This document shows, piece after piece, positions 1-8,807 of a stretch of DNA of 64,000 nt; within the stretch, counting starts at the first letter, position 1, and each line of letters starts with the position of its first letter. The translations under genes and the position numbers were made by a program. The stretch lies in IMG/VR virus record IMGVR_UViG_3300036985_002657, positions 1-64,000 of that record, one strand, 5' to 3'. The notes below the pieces were generated by a model, which made no database searches, was not told the DNA's origin, and worked only from the letters and a program-made list of their open reading frames with translations. This DNA is from a virus.

Positions 1-105
1 CCTGCGTCGGTCTACACTCGCCTCGCTGCGAAGGCGAAGACCGACGCAGAGTACACGCAGGACGAACTTGACGCCGGTATCGAGCGCGGTGTCTGGATCT
101 GGTAA
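1..105 (+). CDS. 3' end of an upstream gene (partial, hypothetical)
   Basis: Frame 1 is open from base 1 to TAA at 103-105, followed directly by the AGGAGG RBS of the helicase. Confidence 0.55.
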   Translation, partial: PASVYTRLAAKAKTDAEYTQDELDAGIERGVWIW

Positions 106-113
106 GGAGGACG

Positions 114-1403
114 ATGGCGAAGATTGAAGCATACCGACTCGAACCTGGCTTCGAGATCGCAGTGATCCTCTCAATGGTGAAGCGCCCGAAGTTCTACGGT
201 GTGATCGGGTATGCGCTCGAGCCGGACGCGCTCGGCTCCCTGACCCACACGCTGATCCTCAAGGCGGTGCGCGCCATCGTGAAGGATCTCGGGCACGCAC
301 CCAGCCACGAAGCGATCGTCGTGCAGCGTGTGAGCCGCTGGGTAGAAGATGGCACCGTGACTCAGGAGGAGCTCGACGAGGTGGTGGACTTCTTCCTCGA
401 TGCGCCCTCGCTGCCGCCCGAGGCTGAAGTGATCTCTGAGCTCGTCCCTGTGCTCAAGCGTCGCATGGAAGCCGACGCGGTGCGTATGGCGATGGACGAG
501 TACGCCAAGAAGGGCGACTTCGCGCAGGTGACGAAGATCATCCGTAGCGCGCAGGCGCTCGGGAAGCAGGACACCGGCGTTGGGCTTCGGCTCGGCGCTG
601 GCGCGTTCGAGGAGATCGAACGCCTGTCCAACATGGACAGGCTCTCCACCGGGATCGAGGAGCTTGATCTCGGACTCGACGGCGGACTACCGCGCGGCTG
701 CCTTGGCGTCTACGTCGGCGGGGCGGGCGGCGGCAAGTCGATGTTCCTCTCGTCGCTCGCAGCGATGGCGGTGCAGCAGGGCTACTTCGTCGTCGCCGTC
801 ACGCTCGAGTTGAACAGGGCTGCCTGGATGGCGCGTGTGCTCGCGAACCTCACTGGCGAGCCGATCAACAAGATCATGTCCTGCGACTTCGAGGTTACTC
901 GCCGCAAGGTCGAGAAGCTGTACCCGGTCCTCGGCACGTTCCTCGTCATGGATATGCCCGCCAAGCTGACCACGATGAAGGACATCACCGCCTGGTACAT
1001 GGCGTGTGCCGAGGAGGAAGGCAGCAAGCCACACATCCTGCTCGTGGACTACCCAGACAAGTGCAAGAGCCACCTGCGCGAAGATCAGGGCGAGTACGCC
1101 GGACAGAACACCGTCTATGAGACCATGCGCCTGTTCGCCCACGAGCAGAACATCTGGGCCTGGGGCGCGTCGCAGCCGCGCCGTGCGGCAGGCAAGGAGA
1201 AGCGCAGGCGCATCGAGCTCGATGATCTTGCCGACTCGCAGGGCAAGGCGCGTGTCGCCGACTTGGTGATCACTGGCAACAAGGACGCTAGCGGCGAGAT
1301 GCTCGACTACTTCGTGGCGAAGAACCGCTACGGCAAGAGCGACTTCAGCGTGGGTCCAATGCCCCACGACTGGGCGTGCGGAAAGATGGTGGCCGGTGTC
1401 TAG
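114..1403 (+). CDS. dnaB: Replicative DnaB-like (SF4) helicase
   Basis: STGIEELDLGLDGGLPRG, Walker A GGAGGGKS, VTLEL, LLVDY, ASQ, VAKNRYG motifs; strong RBS. Confidence 0.9.
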   Translation: MAKIEAYRLEPGFEIAVILSMVKRPKFYGVIGYALEPDALGSLTHTLILKAVRAIVKDLGHAPSHEAIVVQRVSRWVEDGTVTQEELDEVVDFFLDAPSLPPEAEVISELVPVLKRRMEADAVRMAMDEYAKKGDFAQVTKIIRSAQALGKQDTGVGLRLGAGAFEEIERLSNMDRLSTGIEELDLGLDGGLPRGCLGVYVGGAGGGKSMFLSSLAAMAVQQGYFVVAVTLELNRAAWMARVLANLTGEPINKIMSCDFEVTRRKVEKLYPVLGTFLVMDMPAKLTTMKDITAWYMACAEEEGSKPHILLVDYPDKCKSHLREDQGEYAGQNTVYETMRLFAHEQNIWAWGASQPRRAAGKEKRRRIELDDLADSQGKARVADLVITGNKDASGEMLDYFVAKNRYGKSDFSVGPMPHDWACGKMVAGV

Positions 1404-1734
1404 TTACAGCGACTTCGCCGAGTACGACGAATGGGCGGTGCTCGAAGCGATCCTCGACAAGAAGGACATTCGCGTGCCGCACATGATGGAGCTGCTCGGC
1501 TTCGGGCGGCTCCGCTCCGCCTTCCGCACCGGGCGGGCGCTCGGTGTGTTGATCCTCAAGCGCACGATCCGAACAGGCAGCGAGGAGTGGGTGTTGGTTG
1601 AGCGGTGTGTGATCATCAGCGGTGTGCGCTTCCGCCAGTGGATCGCAGCGAACAAGCCGAGCGTGGAGCAGAAGCTCTGCGCCGTCGAAGTCGATCGGCA
1701 CTTCCGTGGTTCGCTAGGAGACCAGCGCGTGTGA
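1396..1734 (+). CDS. Hypothetical protein
   Basis: Fills the gap between helicase and primase and overlaps both; protein-like composition. Confidence 0.6.
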   Translation: MSSYSDFAEYDEWAVLEAILDKKDIRVPHMMELLGFGRLRSAFRTGRALGVLILKRTIRTGSEEWVLVERCVIISGVRFRQWIAANKPSVEQKLCAVEVDRHFRGSLGDQRV

Positions 1735-2609
1735 GCAAGCGAGTGCGGAACAACCAAGTCGAGGACGCGCTGCGGGGCGCGCGTTTCGGGCGGGAGTGGA
1801 TACGGATCTCCTGCCCCTTCTGCGCTGACGACGGGCACGTTGACCGCAAGCTCTCGCTCGGTGTCTCGGCATCGACGGGTTACTACCACTGCCACCGTTG
1901 CGCGACGAAGGGCCGACTCGAGAACGCGCCTGACCCGACAGCCGAGGAGTACCGCCCCGAGGCGAAGGTTGAGCGCGTGGTCGTGGAGCCGCCGCCCGAG
2001 TACGCCGCGCTCTGCTCACCCGCGCTGTCGATCGACCCTGCACGCGACTACATGAAAGCTCGCGGACTTGGCGCTCGAGAGCTGTGGCGTAAGTATCAGA
2101 TCGGCGCTGCCGCAGACGGCTTCTGGGCAGGGCGTGTGATCATTCCTATGCTCGCGCACGACAACGACGACTGGCTCGGCTGGATCGCGCGGCTGTGGTG
2201 CAAGTCCGCCCCGAACGCCGAGGGACGACACGCGATGAAATATCTCTACCCCCGCGGGATGCCGCGCGGCCAGACGTTCTGGAATCACCGCGCGTTGTTC
2301 CTCGACACCGATGATCCCGTGATGATTGTCGAGGGCGTGTTCGACGCGCTGCCGCATGGCGACAACGCGGTGGCCTGTCTCGGCAAGCCTTCGCACGCAC
2401 AGGTCGACTGGCTCTCGGAGACGAAGCGCCCGATCGCAGTCGTGCTCGACGGCGACGCATGGGGCGAGTCGTGGGCGCTGGCTGCGAAGCTGCGGTTCAA
2501 CGGGCAGCGCGCGGGCACGGTGCGACTCCCGCCGAAGACTGATCCCAACACAATCGACCCCGCGCGTCTGCTCGATGCGGCGCGCAAGTGCATAGGAGAT
2601 CCACTGTGA
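1731..2609 (+). CDS. DNA primase (zinc finger plus TOPRIM)
   Basis: CPFC...HCHRC zinc ribbon, GRVIIPM, KYLYP, IVEGVFDA and LDGDA TOPRIM motifs; GTG start inferred from the GTGA overlap at 1731. Confidence 0.9.
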   Translation: MSKRVRNNQVEDALRGARFGREWIRISCPFCADDGHVDRKLSLGVSASTGYYHCHRCATKGRLENAPDPTAEEYRPEAKVERVVVEPPPEYAALCSPALSIDPARDYMKARGLGARELWRKYQIGAAADGFWAGRVIIPMLAHDNDDWLGWIARLWCKSAPNAEGRHAMKYLYPRGMPRGQTFWNHRALFLDTDDPVMIVEGVFDALPHGDNAVACLGKPSHAQVDWLSETKRPIAVVLDGDAWGESWALAAKLRFNGQRAGTVRLPPKTDPNTIDPARLLDAARKCIGDPL

Positions 2610-2938
2610 CGATGAACGCCGAAGATACCCGCACCGCGCAGATCAGGGCGATGGAAGAACTCGCCGACAGCGACACCGCCCACTACATCGTCGCGGAGTG
2701 CCAAGCACTCTGCATCATGCTCCTCGAGAAGAACGCAGCCTATGGCGACTCGGCGCTCAACCCGCTGCGCCTGTTCAGCCAGGCGAACCCCACCGAACAG
2801 ATCAAAGTCCGCATCGATGACAAGCTCTCGCGCCTGATGCGCGGGCACGCGATGAGCGACGAGTCTCTCAACGACACCATTCAAGACCTGCTCGGCTATC
2901 TCATCCTGCTCCGCGTGGCGATGAACCAAGCCGCTTGA
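2606..2938 (+). CDS. DUF1599 / nucleotide-modification-associated domain 1 protein (all-alpha NTP-pyrophosphatase-like)
   Basis: EKNAAYGDSA...RIDDKLSRL...DTIQDLLGYLIL pattern typical of this family; start uncertain (2606 or 2612). Confidence 0.7.
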   Translation: MTMNAEDTRTAQIRAMEELADSDTAHYIVAECQALCIMLLEKNAAYGDSALNPLRLFSQANPTEQIKVRIDDKLSRLMRGHAMSDESLNDTIQDLLGYLILLRVAMNQAA

Positions 2939-2964
2939 CACCTAGATCGGGCGCGTCTATAGAT
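2935..2964 (+). promoter_or_regulatory. Possible sigma70-type promoter
   Basis: TTGACA (2935-2940), 17-nt spacer, then TATAGA(T); intergenic; the -10 element is imperfect. Confidence 0.45.
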
Positions 2965-2992
2965 CATCGATCGTTGATCTTGCCGCGCTGCT

Positions 2993-3016
2993 AAACCACC
3001 GCAGATCGCACAAGGC
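2993..3016 (+). promoter_or_regulatory. Bipartite motif copy (AAACCA-N9-GCACAAGGC)
   Basis: Same spacing and core recur upstream of several genes (see findings). Confidence 0.55.
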
Positions 3017-3036
3017 CAACTGAGCAGGAGGTTTGC

Positions 3037-3486
3037 ATGAGAGACGAAGACAACGAGCTGCCTACGCAGGCAGAGGAACAGGAGATCGAAGTGTCCATCA
3101 CCGAGAAGAAGCCCGCCAAGCCGACCAAGAAGGCAGCGACCAAGAAGCCGCTCGCGAAGGCCACGCGCGCCATCGGCAAGCCGCAGGCCAAGAAGGAGAA
3201 GGCCCCGAAGGCCAAGAAGGAGAAGGCCCCGAAGGCCAAGAAGGAGAAGGCCCCGAAGGCCAAGAAGGAGAAGAAGGAGCCAGGCGAGAAGAAGGTCCGA
3301 TCCGCGTTCGTGCTCAGCGGCACGCGCGAGTCGATCAAGATCGACAGCGTCTACCTGAAGCACCTTCAGGTGATCGCCAACGAGCTCGAGCTCCCGTCCA
3401 CCGGACACGCGCTCGACAAGGTCGTTGGCACGGGGCTCACGCGCCTCGCGGCGCTTGCGAAGTATGGAGCGAAGTCGAAGTCCTGA
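3037..3486 (+). CDS. Lys/Ala-rich histone-H1-like protein with possible C-terminal ribbon-helix-helix domain
   Basis: AGGAGG RBS; acidic N-terminus, AKKEKAPK repeats, C-terminal RESIKIDSVYLKHLQVIANELELPSTGHALDKVV beta-alpha-alpha pattern. Confidence 0.7.
   Translation: MRDEDNELPTQAEEQEIEVSITEKKPAKPTKKAATKKPLAKATRAIGKPQAKKEKAPKAKKEKAPKAKKEKAPKAKKEKKEPGEKKVRSAFVLSGTRESIKIDSVYLKHLQVIANELELPSTGHALDKVVGTGLTRLAALAKYGAKSKS
3187..3273 (+). repeat. 24-bp tandem repeat, about 3.6 copies (GCCAAGAAGGAGAAGGCCCCGAAG)
   Basis: Exact copies at 3187, 3211 and 3235, partial copy at 3259; encodes AKKEKAPK. Confidence 0.95.
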
Positions 3487-3568
3487 TCGCCCACCGCAAC
3501 ACCAACAGCAGGTCGCAACGCCTCTGCTCACGTCTCGTGTGCAGGGGCGTTGTTCGTGGAGGAGAAAG

Positions 3569-3877
3569 ATGCCCAGAAAACTTCTGATCGATCATGCAAT
3601 CGCAGGCACCTATCACGCAGTCGACGCCGACTACCTTGCCAGTCTCGATGAGGGCGAGCCGCTCCGCCTGGTGCGCGAGCCCACCAACAAGTATGACCCG
3701 CACGCCGTCCGCATCGACCACGGCGAGCAGAAGCTCGGGTACGTCCCGGCACTCTACTCGCAGATGGTATCGGCGCTGATCGACAGCAAGCTCGTGCGCC
3801 TCACGGCGACTGTCGGCGACACGATCACGCCGAAGAAAGCACTCGTGCATTTCCAGCTCTGGCTGGACGTGCCGTGA
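3569..3877 (+). CDS. HIRAN domain protein
   Basis: IAGT...LRLVREPTNKYDPHAVRI...KLGYVP HIRAN signature; GGAGGAG RBS before ATG at 3569. Confidence 0.85.
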   Translation: MPRKLLIDHAIAGTYHAVDADYLASLDEGEPLRLVREPTNKYDPHAVRIDHGEQKLGYVPALYSQMVSALIDSKLVRLTATVGDTITPKKALVHFQLWLDVP

Positions 3878-3898
3878 TCAATCTCGCGCGGTGGAACG

Positions 3899-3922
3899 AA
3901 AACACTGCGCTCCGCACAAGGC
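3899..3922 (+). promoter_or_regulatory. Bipartite motif copy (AAAACA-N9-GCACAAGGC)
   Basis: Intergenic, upstream of the gene at 3964. Confidence 0.55.
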
Positions 3923-3963
3923 AGTAGAACACGCAGGCCCAATGAGGGCGGGAGTAGAAAGAC

Positions 3964-4536
3964 ATGACGATCAAGATCACTCAGTTCAGCACCAGCGACT
4001 ACCACGAGTCCGACGACAAGCCGACTGTCGCCGCCTCGATTCACTTCACCTGCGCGAGTCACGCCGAGGCGCTTGCGGCCTACACGCTGCTCGCGGGCGG
4101 TGCGGCGAAGGGCTGGAATCTCTCCGGCGAGGGCAGCGCGCAGGACGACAAGCCCGCCAGCAAGCCGACGAAGGTGCCGCCCGTTGCGGCGGTCGTGACC
4201 AAGCCGATCGTCGAGAAGCCGAAGGCGGAGCCTGCCCCGGAGCCCGTCGAGGAGGAAGACGAGGACGACGGAGACGACGAGGACGACGCCGAGGAAGCGC
4301 CGCCCGCGAAGACCAGCATCAAGATCACCGGCGAGGACATCAAGGCGCTCAAGGACGTGAAGAAGCTGCGCGACGTTCTCACCTACCTGATCAACACGAA
4401 GTCCATCAAGACGAAGAAGGGCCTCACGGCGACCTGCAACGCGATCAAGGACAAGGTGCCTGCGCTCGCGCGCATCGAAGACCTCGAGGACCGCGTCAAC
4501 AACGCGGTCGAGATCCTCGACCCGTCCATGAAGTGA
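3964..4536 (+). CDS. Hypothetical protein with acidic linker and helical C-terminal domain
   Basis: Phage-like codon usage, RBS, poly-D/E tract. Confidence 0.75.
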   Translation: MTIKITQFSTSDYHESDDKPTVAASIHFTCASHAEALAAYTLLAGGAAKGWNLSGEGSAQDDKPASKPTKVPPVAAVVTKPIVEKPKAEPAPEPVEEEDEDDGDDEDDAEEAPPAKTSIKITGEDIKALKDVKKLRDVLTYLINTKSIKTKKGLTATCNAIKDKVPALARIEDLEDRVNNAVEILDPSMK

Positions 4537-4540
4537 CCGA

Positions 4541-4640
4541 CTGCACTCCGCGGGCGCAAGCTCGTGGAGTGCAGGCTGCGCCTTGGCGCTCGCCTTCTCC
4601 TCCCCACCTGTGGCGTCGAGGCGCAGCCTGCACTCCATGA
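4541..4640 (+). promoter_or_regulatory. Structured leader with mutually exclusive stems upstream of polA
   Basis: Hairpin 4541-4574 with GCAA loop, versus a perfect 19-bp inverted repeat 4565-4583/4619-4637. Confidence 0.55.
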
Positions 4641-4650
4641 ACGAGGAACG

Positions 4651-7236
4651 ATGATCAGACTCGCGCTGTACCCCATGCTACCGCAGGCAGCGGTCTCGCT
4701 CGCGCATCCCACAGCGGTCGATCACGACTGCGAACGCTGCGAGCTACACCAAGGCAGGCGTACCGTCTGCATGGCAGCCGAGGGCGCGCCTGGCGGGCTG
4801 CTCGTCGTCGCGGAGTCGCCCGGCAAGATCGAAGATCAGATGGGGCGCGGCTTCGCAGGTGCGGCGGGCAAGTACGTTCGCTCGCTGGTGGCGAAGCACT
4901 GGGGCGGCCCGGTGGCTTACGACCACGGTGTTCGGTGTCAGTCCACCGACGCAGGCGAGAAGGAGATCGCCGCGTGCCGTGTGTTCGGCGCGCGCATCCT
5001 GCTCGACGTGCAGCCGACGCGCATCCTGTGTCTCGGCAACGCGGCGGTGGAGGCGGTGCTCGGACATCGGCCGCCGCTCGCCAGCGCGCAACGCGGTTAC
5101 GGCTTCGTCTTCACCGCGCTCGATGATGCGATCCCCGTGTTCTTCCTGCCTGCCGCCGCGTTCGCGCTGCGCAACAGGTTCGTCAAGGCGGACTTCGAGC
5201 GCGACTTCCAACACGTCCTGACGTGCCCTGCGCCGGAGCCAGACTTCGACGAGCAGACAAACCTGATCGAGACTCGCGGCGATGCCGAGCTCGCCGTGCG
5301 CGTGCTCCAACAGGCTCCTTGGTTCTCCTACGACGTGGAGACCTCGGGCAAGATGGGCAACCCCGACTTCCGCATCGAGGCGCTGACGGCGATGGGCTTC
5401 GGGCAGGGCGATGCCTACACTTGGACCCGCGAGGCTCTGCGCGATCCGAGCATGACAGCGAAGCTGACCCAACTGCTCGCCGATCGCACCGTCGGCAAGA
5501 CGACACAGAACGGCAAGTACGATGATCGCTCCGTTCTTTGCGCGCTGAGCGTGAACGTCGAGGGCACCCGCTTCGATACCCGCCTCGGGCGCAAGCTGCT
5601 CGCCCCCGAGTCCGACGCACGCTTGGACACGCTTGCCTACCTCGTTGGGCTCGGCGGGCACAAGGACGAAGCGGGCGACCAGCTCGCGATCATCTGCAAG
5701 GAACTGCGCCGCCTTGCCAACCCACCTGCGCAACTGACGCCAAAGGGCAACGTGCGGAAGATCAAGCCGCCGTTGTTCCGTGTCGAGGAGTCCGTGCTCC
5801 AGCAGATCCGCGATGGTGAGGACGCGATGGCGTTCGCCTTCCGCTACCTCGATCCCACAACGCTCTACCGCTACAATGCGCGAGACGTGCAGGTGACGCT
5901 GCGCTGCGGCGTCAAGCTCGAAGCCGAACTCGCTGCCGACCCACAGACCAACCGCGTCTGGCGAGAGCTCACCGTCGGAGCCAACACCGCCGTCCGAGCG
6001 ATGGAGCACTGGGGCATCGCGTGCGACCGCCGCGCCGTCGAGATGTTCTCGATCTACTGCGAAGCGCGCATCAAGGACGCGACGAAGACGATCGAGAAGC
6101 ACGTCCCGGGGCTGAACCCCAACTCGCCGAAGCAGGTCGGCGACTTCCTGTTCAACAAGCTCGGGCTCAAGTCGTGGAAGGAGACCAAGAGCGGCGCGCA
6201 GTCTACGGACAACGAGGTGCTCGAGTCGCTCGCCCACAAGCACCCTGCGATCAACGCGCTGGTCAAGAGTCGCAAGTACACCAAGCTCAATGGCACCTAT
6301 GCACGCGGGATGCTGATCCATATTCGCGAAGACGGGCGCATCCACCCAAGCATCCTGATCGACGGCACGCGCACGCTGCGCTTCTCCTGCACCGATCCCA
6401 ACCTCCAGAACATCCCGCGTGCGGAGGGCGACGATGCGGTGGAGGCGGCGATGGCGCGCAACTGCTTCATCGCCCCGCCCGGCAGTCTGCTGCTCGAGCT
6501 GGACTACGCGCAGATCGAAGTGAAGGTGGCGGCGATGTTGGCGGGAGACGCGGTGATGATCGCCGACATCAACTCAGGCATCGACATCCATATGAACAAC
6601 GCGACTGCCTGCTGCACCGTCGCCTGGGGCATCCCGCGCGCGCAGTGGGATGCGATGGACAAGGCGGCGCGCAAGCCCTACCGCTCCAAGATCAAGACTG
6701 CGACCTTCGCCAAGCTGTACGGCAAGACGACGAGTGCGCTCGCCCGAGAGTGGGGCGCGCCAAAGGCCGAGGTCGAGAAGATCGACGCGGTGATCTGGGG
6801 CCGCTACAAACGCCTGGCGAAGTGGTGCGAGGAGCAGATCGCACAGGCGCGCCGCGTCGGCTACGTCGAGACGTGGTGGGACGGGCAGGCTGCCTACCGC
6901 CGCCCGCTGCACAAGGTCGCCGACCCCGAGGAGAACGTGCGCAAGCACGGCGAGAACGAGGCCGTCAACACGCCGGTACAGGGCACGGCGGCGCACTTCA
7001 TGTCGGCATCCCTGCCCCGCGTGCTCGACTGGATACGAGACGACGGCGCGCCCGCCAAGCTCGTCCTCACCGTCCACGACTCGATGATGCTCGAGGTGAA
7101 GGAGAAGTACGTCGATGAGGTGGCGCACGCCGCCCGCGACATCATGTGCAGCCATAACAGCAGCGGTGTGAAGATCACCGCCGATGCGAAGGTCGGGACC
7201 GCGTGGGGCTCGATGCAGGACTACGTCTTCAAGTGA
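4651..7236 (+). CDS. polA: Family A DNA polymerase with N-terminal family-4 uracil-DNA-glycosylase-like domain and 3'-5' exonuclease
   Basis: UDG-like CERC...AESPG...ED..G.F.G.AG...CLGN; exonuclease YDVET, NGKYD, YNARD; polymerase motifs PNLQNIP, LDYAQIE, KTATFAKLYG, NTPVQG, VHDS; ATG at 4651 after GAGG. Confidence 0.93.
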   Translation: MIRLALYPMLPQAAVSLAHPTAVDHDCERCELHQGRRTVCMAAEGAPGGLLVVAESPGKIEDQMGRGFAGAAGKYVRSLVAKHWGGPVAYDHGVRCQSTDAGEKEIAACRVFGARILLDVQPTRILCLGNAAVEAVLGHRPPLASAQRGYGFVFTALDDAIPVFFLPAAAFALRNRFVKADFERDFQHVLTCPAPEPDFDEQTNLIETRGDAELAVRVLQQAPWFSYDVETSGKMGNPDFRIEALTAMGFGQGDAYTWTREALRDPSMTAKLTQLLADRTVGKTTQNGKYDDRSVLCALSVNVEGTRFDTRLGRKLLAPESDARLDTLAYLVGLGGHKDEAGDQLAIICKELRRLANPPAQLTPKGNVRKIKPPLFRVEESVLQQIRDGEDAMAFAFRYLDPTTLYRYNARDVQVTLRCGVKLEAELAADPQTNRVWRELTVGANTAVRAMEHWGIACDRRAVEMFSIYCEARIKDATKTIEKHVPGLNPNSPKQVGDFLFNKLGLKSWKETKSGAQSTDNEVLESLAHKHPAINALVKSRKYTKLNGTYARGMLIHIREDGRIHPSILIDGTRTLRFSCTDPNLQNIPRAEGDDAVEAAMARNCFIAPPGSLLLELDYAQIEVKVAAMLAGDAVMIADINSGIDIHMNNATACCTVAWGIPRAQWDAMDKAARKPYRSKIKTATFAKLYGKTTSALAREWGAPKAEVEKIDAVIWGRYKRLAKWCEEQIAQARRVGYVETWWDGQAAYRRPLHKVADPEENVRKHGENEAVNTPVQGTAAHFMSASLPRVLDWIRDDGAPAKLVLTVHDSMMLEVKEKYVDEVAHAARDIMCSHNSSGVKITADAKVGTAWGSMQDYVFK

Positions 7237-7240
7237 AGCG

Positions 7241-7264
7241 AAGACAACGCTGATCGCACAAGGC
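7241..7264 (+). promoter_or_regulatory. Bipartite motif copy (AAGACA-N9-GCACAAGGC)
   Basis: Intergenic, about 20 nt before ATG at 7285. Confidence 0.6.
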
Positions 7265-7284
7265 TACAGTTAGGAGGCAAGACG

Positions 7285-7782
7285 ATGGCGAAGAAAGAGA
7301 CAGCACACGAAGCGGTACTGGCAGCGGTGGCGATCGACCCGCTGGCGCTCACCGACGAGTTCACCAAGATCCCATCCCACCTGGCTCGCTATAACGAGCT
7401 CTACGCTGACGCGCTGCGGCTGCACCTGTCGGCGAAGGTGAAGGTGGATCGCGCCTACGCGGCGAGCTACATCCGGTGCCGCGCCGAAGCGGAGGAGACC
7501 GGGGCGAAGACGACCGAGGGCATGATCAAGTCGATGGTGGACAACGACCCGACCTACCACGCCGCGCAGGATCACAGTGTCGTCTGCGAGGCAGAGAAGG
7601 CTCGGCTGTGGGGCGTGCTCGACGCGCTCCGCGCCAAGCGTGACGCGCTGATCTCACTCGGCGCGCACCTCCGCGCGGAGATGGCAGGCAGCCCGAGCAT
7701 CCGTGGTGAGGCGCGCGGCGCTCGCGACGTGGCATCCAACTTCGAGAACGACGATACCTTCGGTGTCGAAGTGACCGAGTAA
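7285..7782 (+). CDS. UvsY-like recombination mediator (helical, coiled-coil)
   Basis: K.TE..IK..VD.DP.Y...LDALRAKRDALISLG..LRAE pattern; lies next to SSB and recombinase genes. Confidence 0.55.
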   Translation: MAKKETAHEAVLAAVAIDPLALTDEFTKIPSHLARYNELYADALRLHLSAKVKVDRAYAASYIRCRAEAEETGAKTTEGMIKSMVDNDPTYHAAQDHSVVCEAEKARLWGVLDALRAKRDALISLGAHLRAEMAGSPSIRGEARGARDVASNFENDDTFGVEVTE

Positions 7783-7838
7783 CGCACAAGGCAGAGTTCG
7801 ACCGCAGCCAATCAAGGCTATAGGTCAAGGAGACAGAG

Positions 7839-8657
7839 ATGGCGAAGAAAGAGACGACGAGTACGAGCCTGGTCCAGTTCGGTGACTTCACCGCTGACGA
7901 AGCCTCGGAGATGAAGCGGGAGTCAGAGGCGGCGAGCGGCGGTGGGATCATCTTCAAGCTCAAGCCCGGACGGACGGTGGTGCGCCCCATCCCGCCGAAG
8001 AAGGGCGAGAAGCTGATGAAGGTCGCCTACGTTCACTACCTCGACGTGCCCGGCACTGGCCGCGTGTCGTTCAACTGCCCGCGCCTGATGGCGAAGCGCG
8101 CGTGCTCGGTGTGCGCCACGGAGACGAAGCTGCTCGCCACTGGCGAAGACAACGACTTCAAGAAGGCGAAGAAGTTGAAGGCGAAGCGCCAGCTCTACAT
8201 GAACATGATCGTTCGCGGCGACGAAGGTGTCGGCCCGCGCGTGCTCCGCTTCGGCAAGATGATCGAGGACCAGCTCATCGAGATCCGCCAGGACGAGGAC
8301 GACGGCGGCAACTTCTCCCACCCGACGGCAGGCTTCGATCTCAAGATCAGCCGCAAGGGTGAGGGCCAGAACGACACTGAGTACAAGGTGGTCGCCAGTG
8401 GCGCGCGGCCTTCCCCGCTCGCTGCCGACGCGGCGCAGATGCAGGAGTGGATCGACAACCAGCCCGACCTCTCCCGCTTCCTGCGCGTGATGAGCGACGA
8501 GCAGATCGAGCGCAAGCTCAACGGCGAGGAGGGCGGTGGCAGCGACGATGACGCCCCGCGACGCCGCCCTGCGATCGAGGCGACGGCGAGCACCAGCAAG
8601 CCGCGCTCGCGCAGCATTGAGTCCGAAGTGGACGCAATCGAAGTCGACGACGAGTGA
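7839..8657 (+). CDS. T4 gp32-like single-stranded DNA-binding protein
   Basis: FKLKPG..VVRPIPP, H...C...CSVC zinc ligands, GFDLKISRKG, TEYKV, acidic tail (IEVDDE). Confidence 0.8.
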   Translation: MAKKETTSTSLVQFGDFTADEASEMKRESEAASGGGIIFKLKPGRTVVRPIPPKKGEKLMKVAYVHYLDVPGTGRVSFNCPRLMAKRACSVCATETKLLATGEDNDFKKAKKLKAKRQLYMNMIVRGDEGVGPRVLRFGKMIEDQLIEIRQDEDDGGNFSHPTAGFDLKISRKGEGQNDTEYKVVASGARPSPLAADAAQMQEWIDNQPDLSRFLRVMSDEQIERKLNGEEGGGSDDDAPRRRPAIEATASTSKPRSRSIESEVDAIEVDDE

Positions 8658-8666
8658 GGTTGCGGT

Positions 8667-8807
8667 GAGCGGAGCTTCGGCTCCGCTCCTGCGCTCTGCA
8701 CCATATGCCTCGCCAACACGGCAGCGCGGAGGGACTGATCACCTCGCTGCACTGTTCGCTAGAAACCCCTCTAAGGAAGGCGGTGGGATATGGTGCAGAG
8801 CGGAGGA
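8667..8807 (+). promoter_or_regulatory. Structured leader upstream of recA
   Basis: GAGCGGAGC-TTCG-GCTCCGCTC hairpin (8667-8688); perfect 15-bp inverted repeat 8692-8706/8788-8802 that abuts the GGAGGA RBS. Confidence 0.55.

Noticed and set aside
3187-3273. Regular repeats as a possible CRISPR array
   Set aside because: Head-to-tail copies with no spacers, in frame within a protein; no cas genes
4744-6345. Long antisense or alternate-frame ORFs (also 26389-28035, 35156-36460, 45822-47240, 55741-57183)
   Set aside because: Shadow ORFs typical of high-GC coding DNA; no motifs, and each lies opposite a well-supported gene
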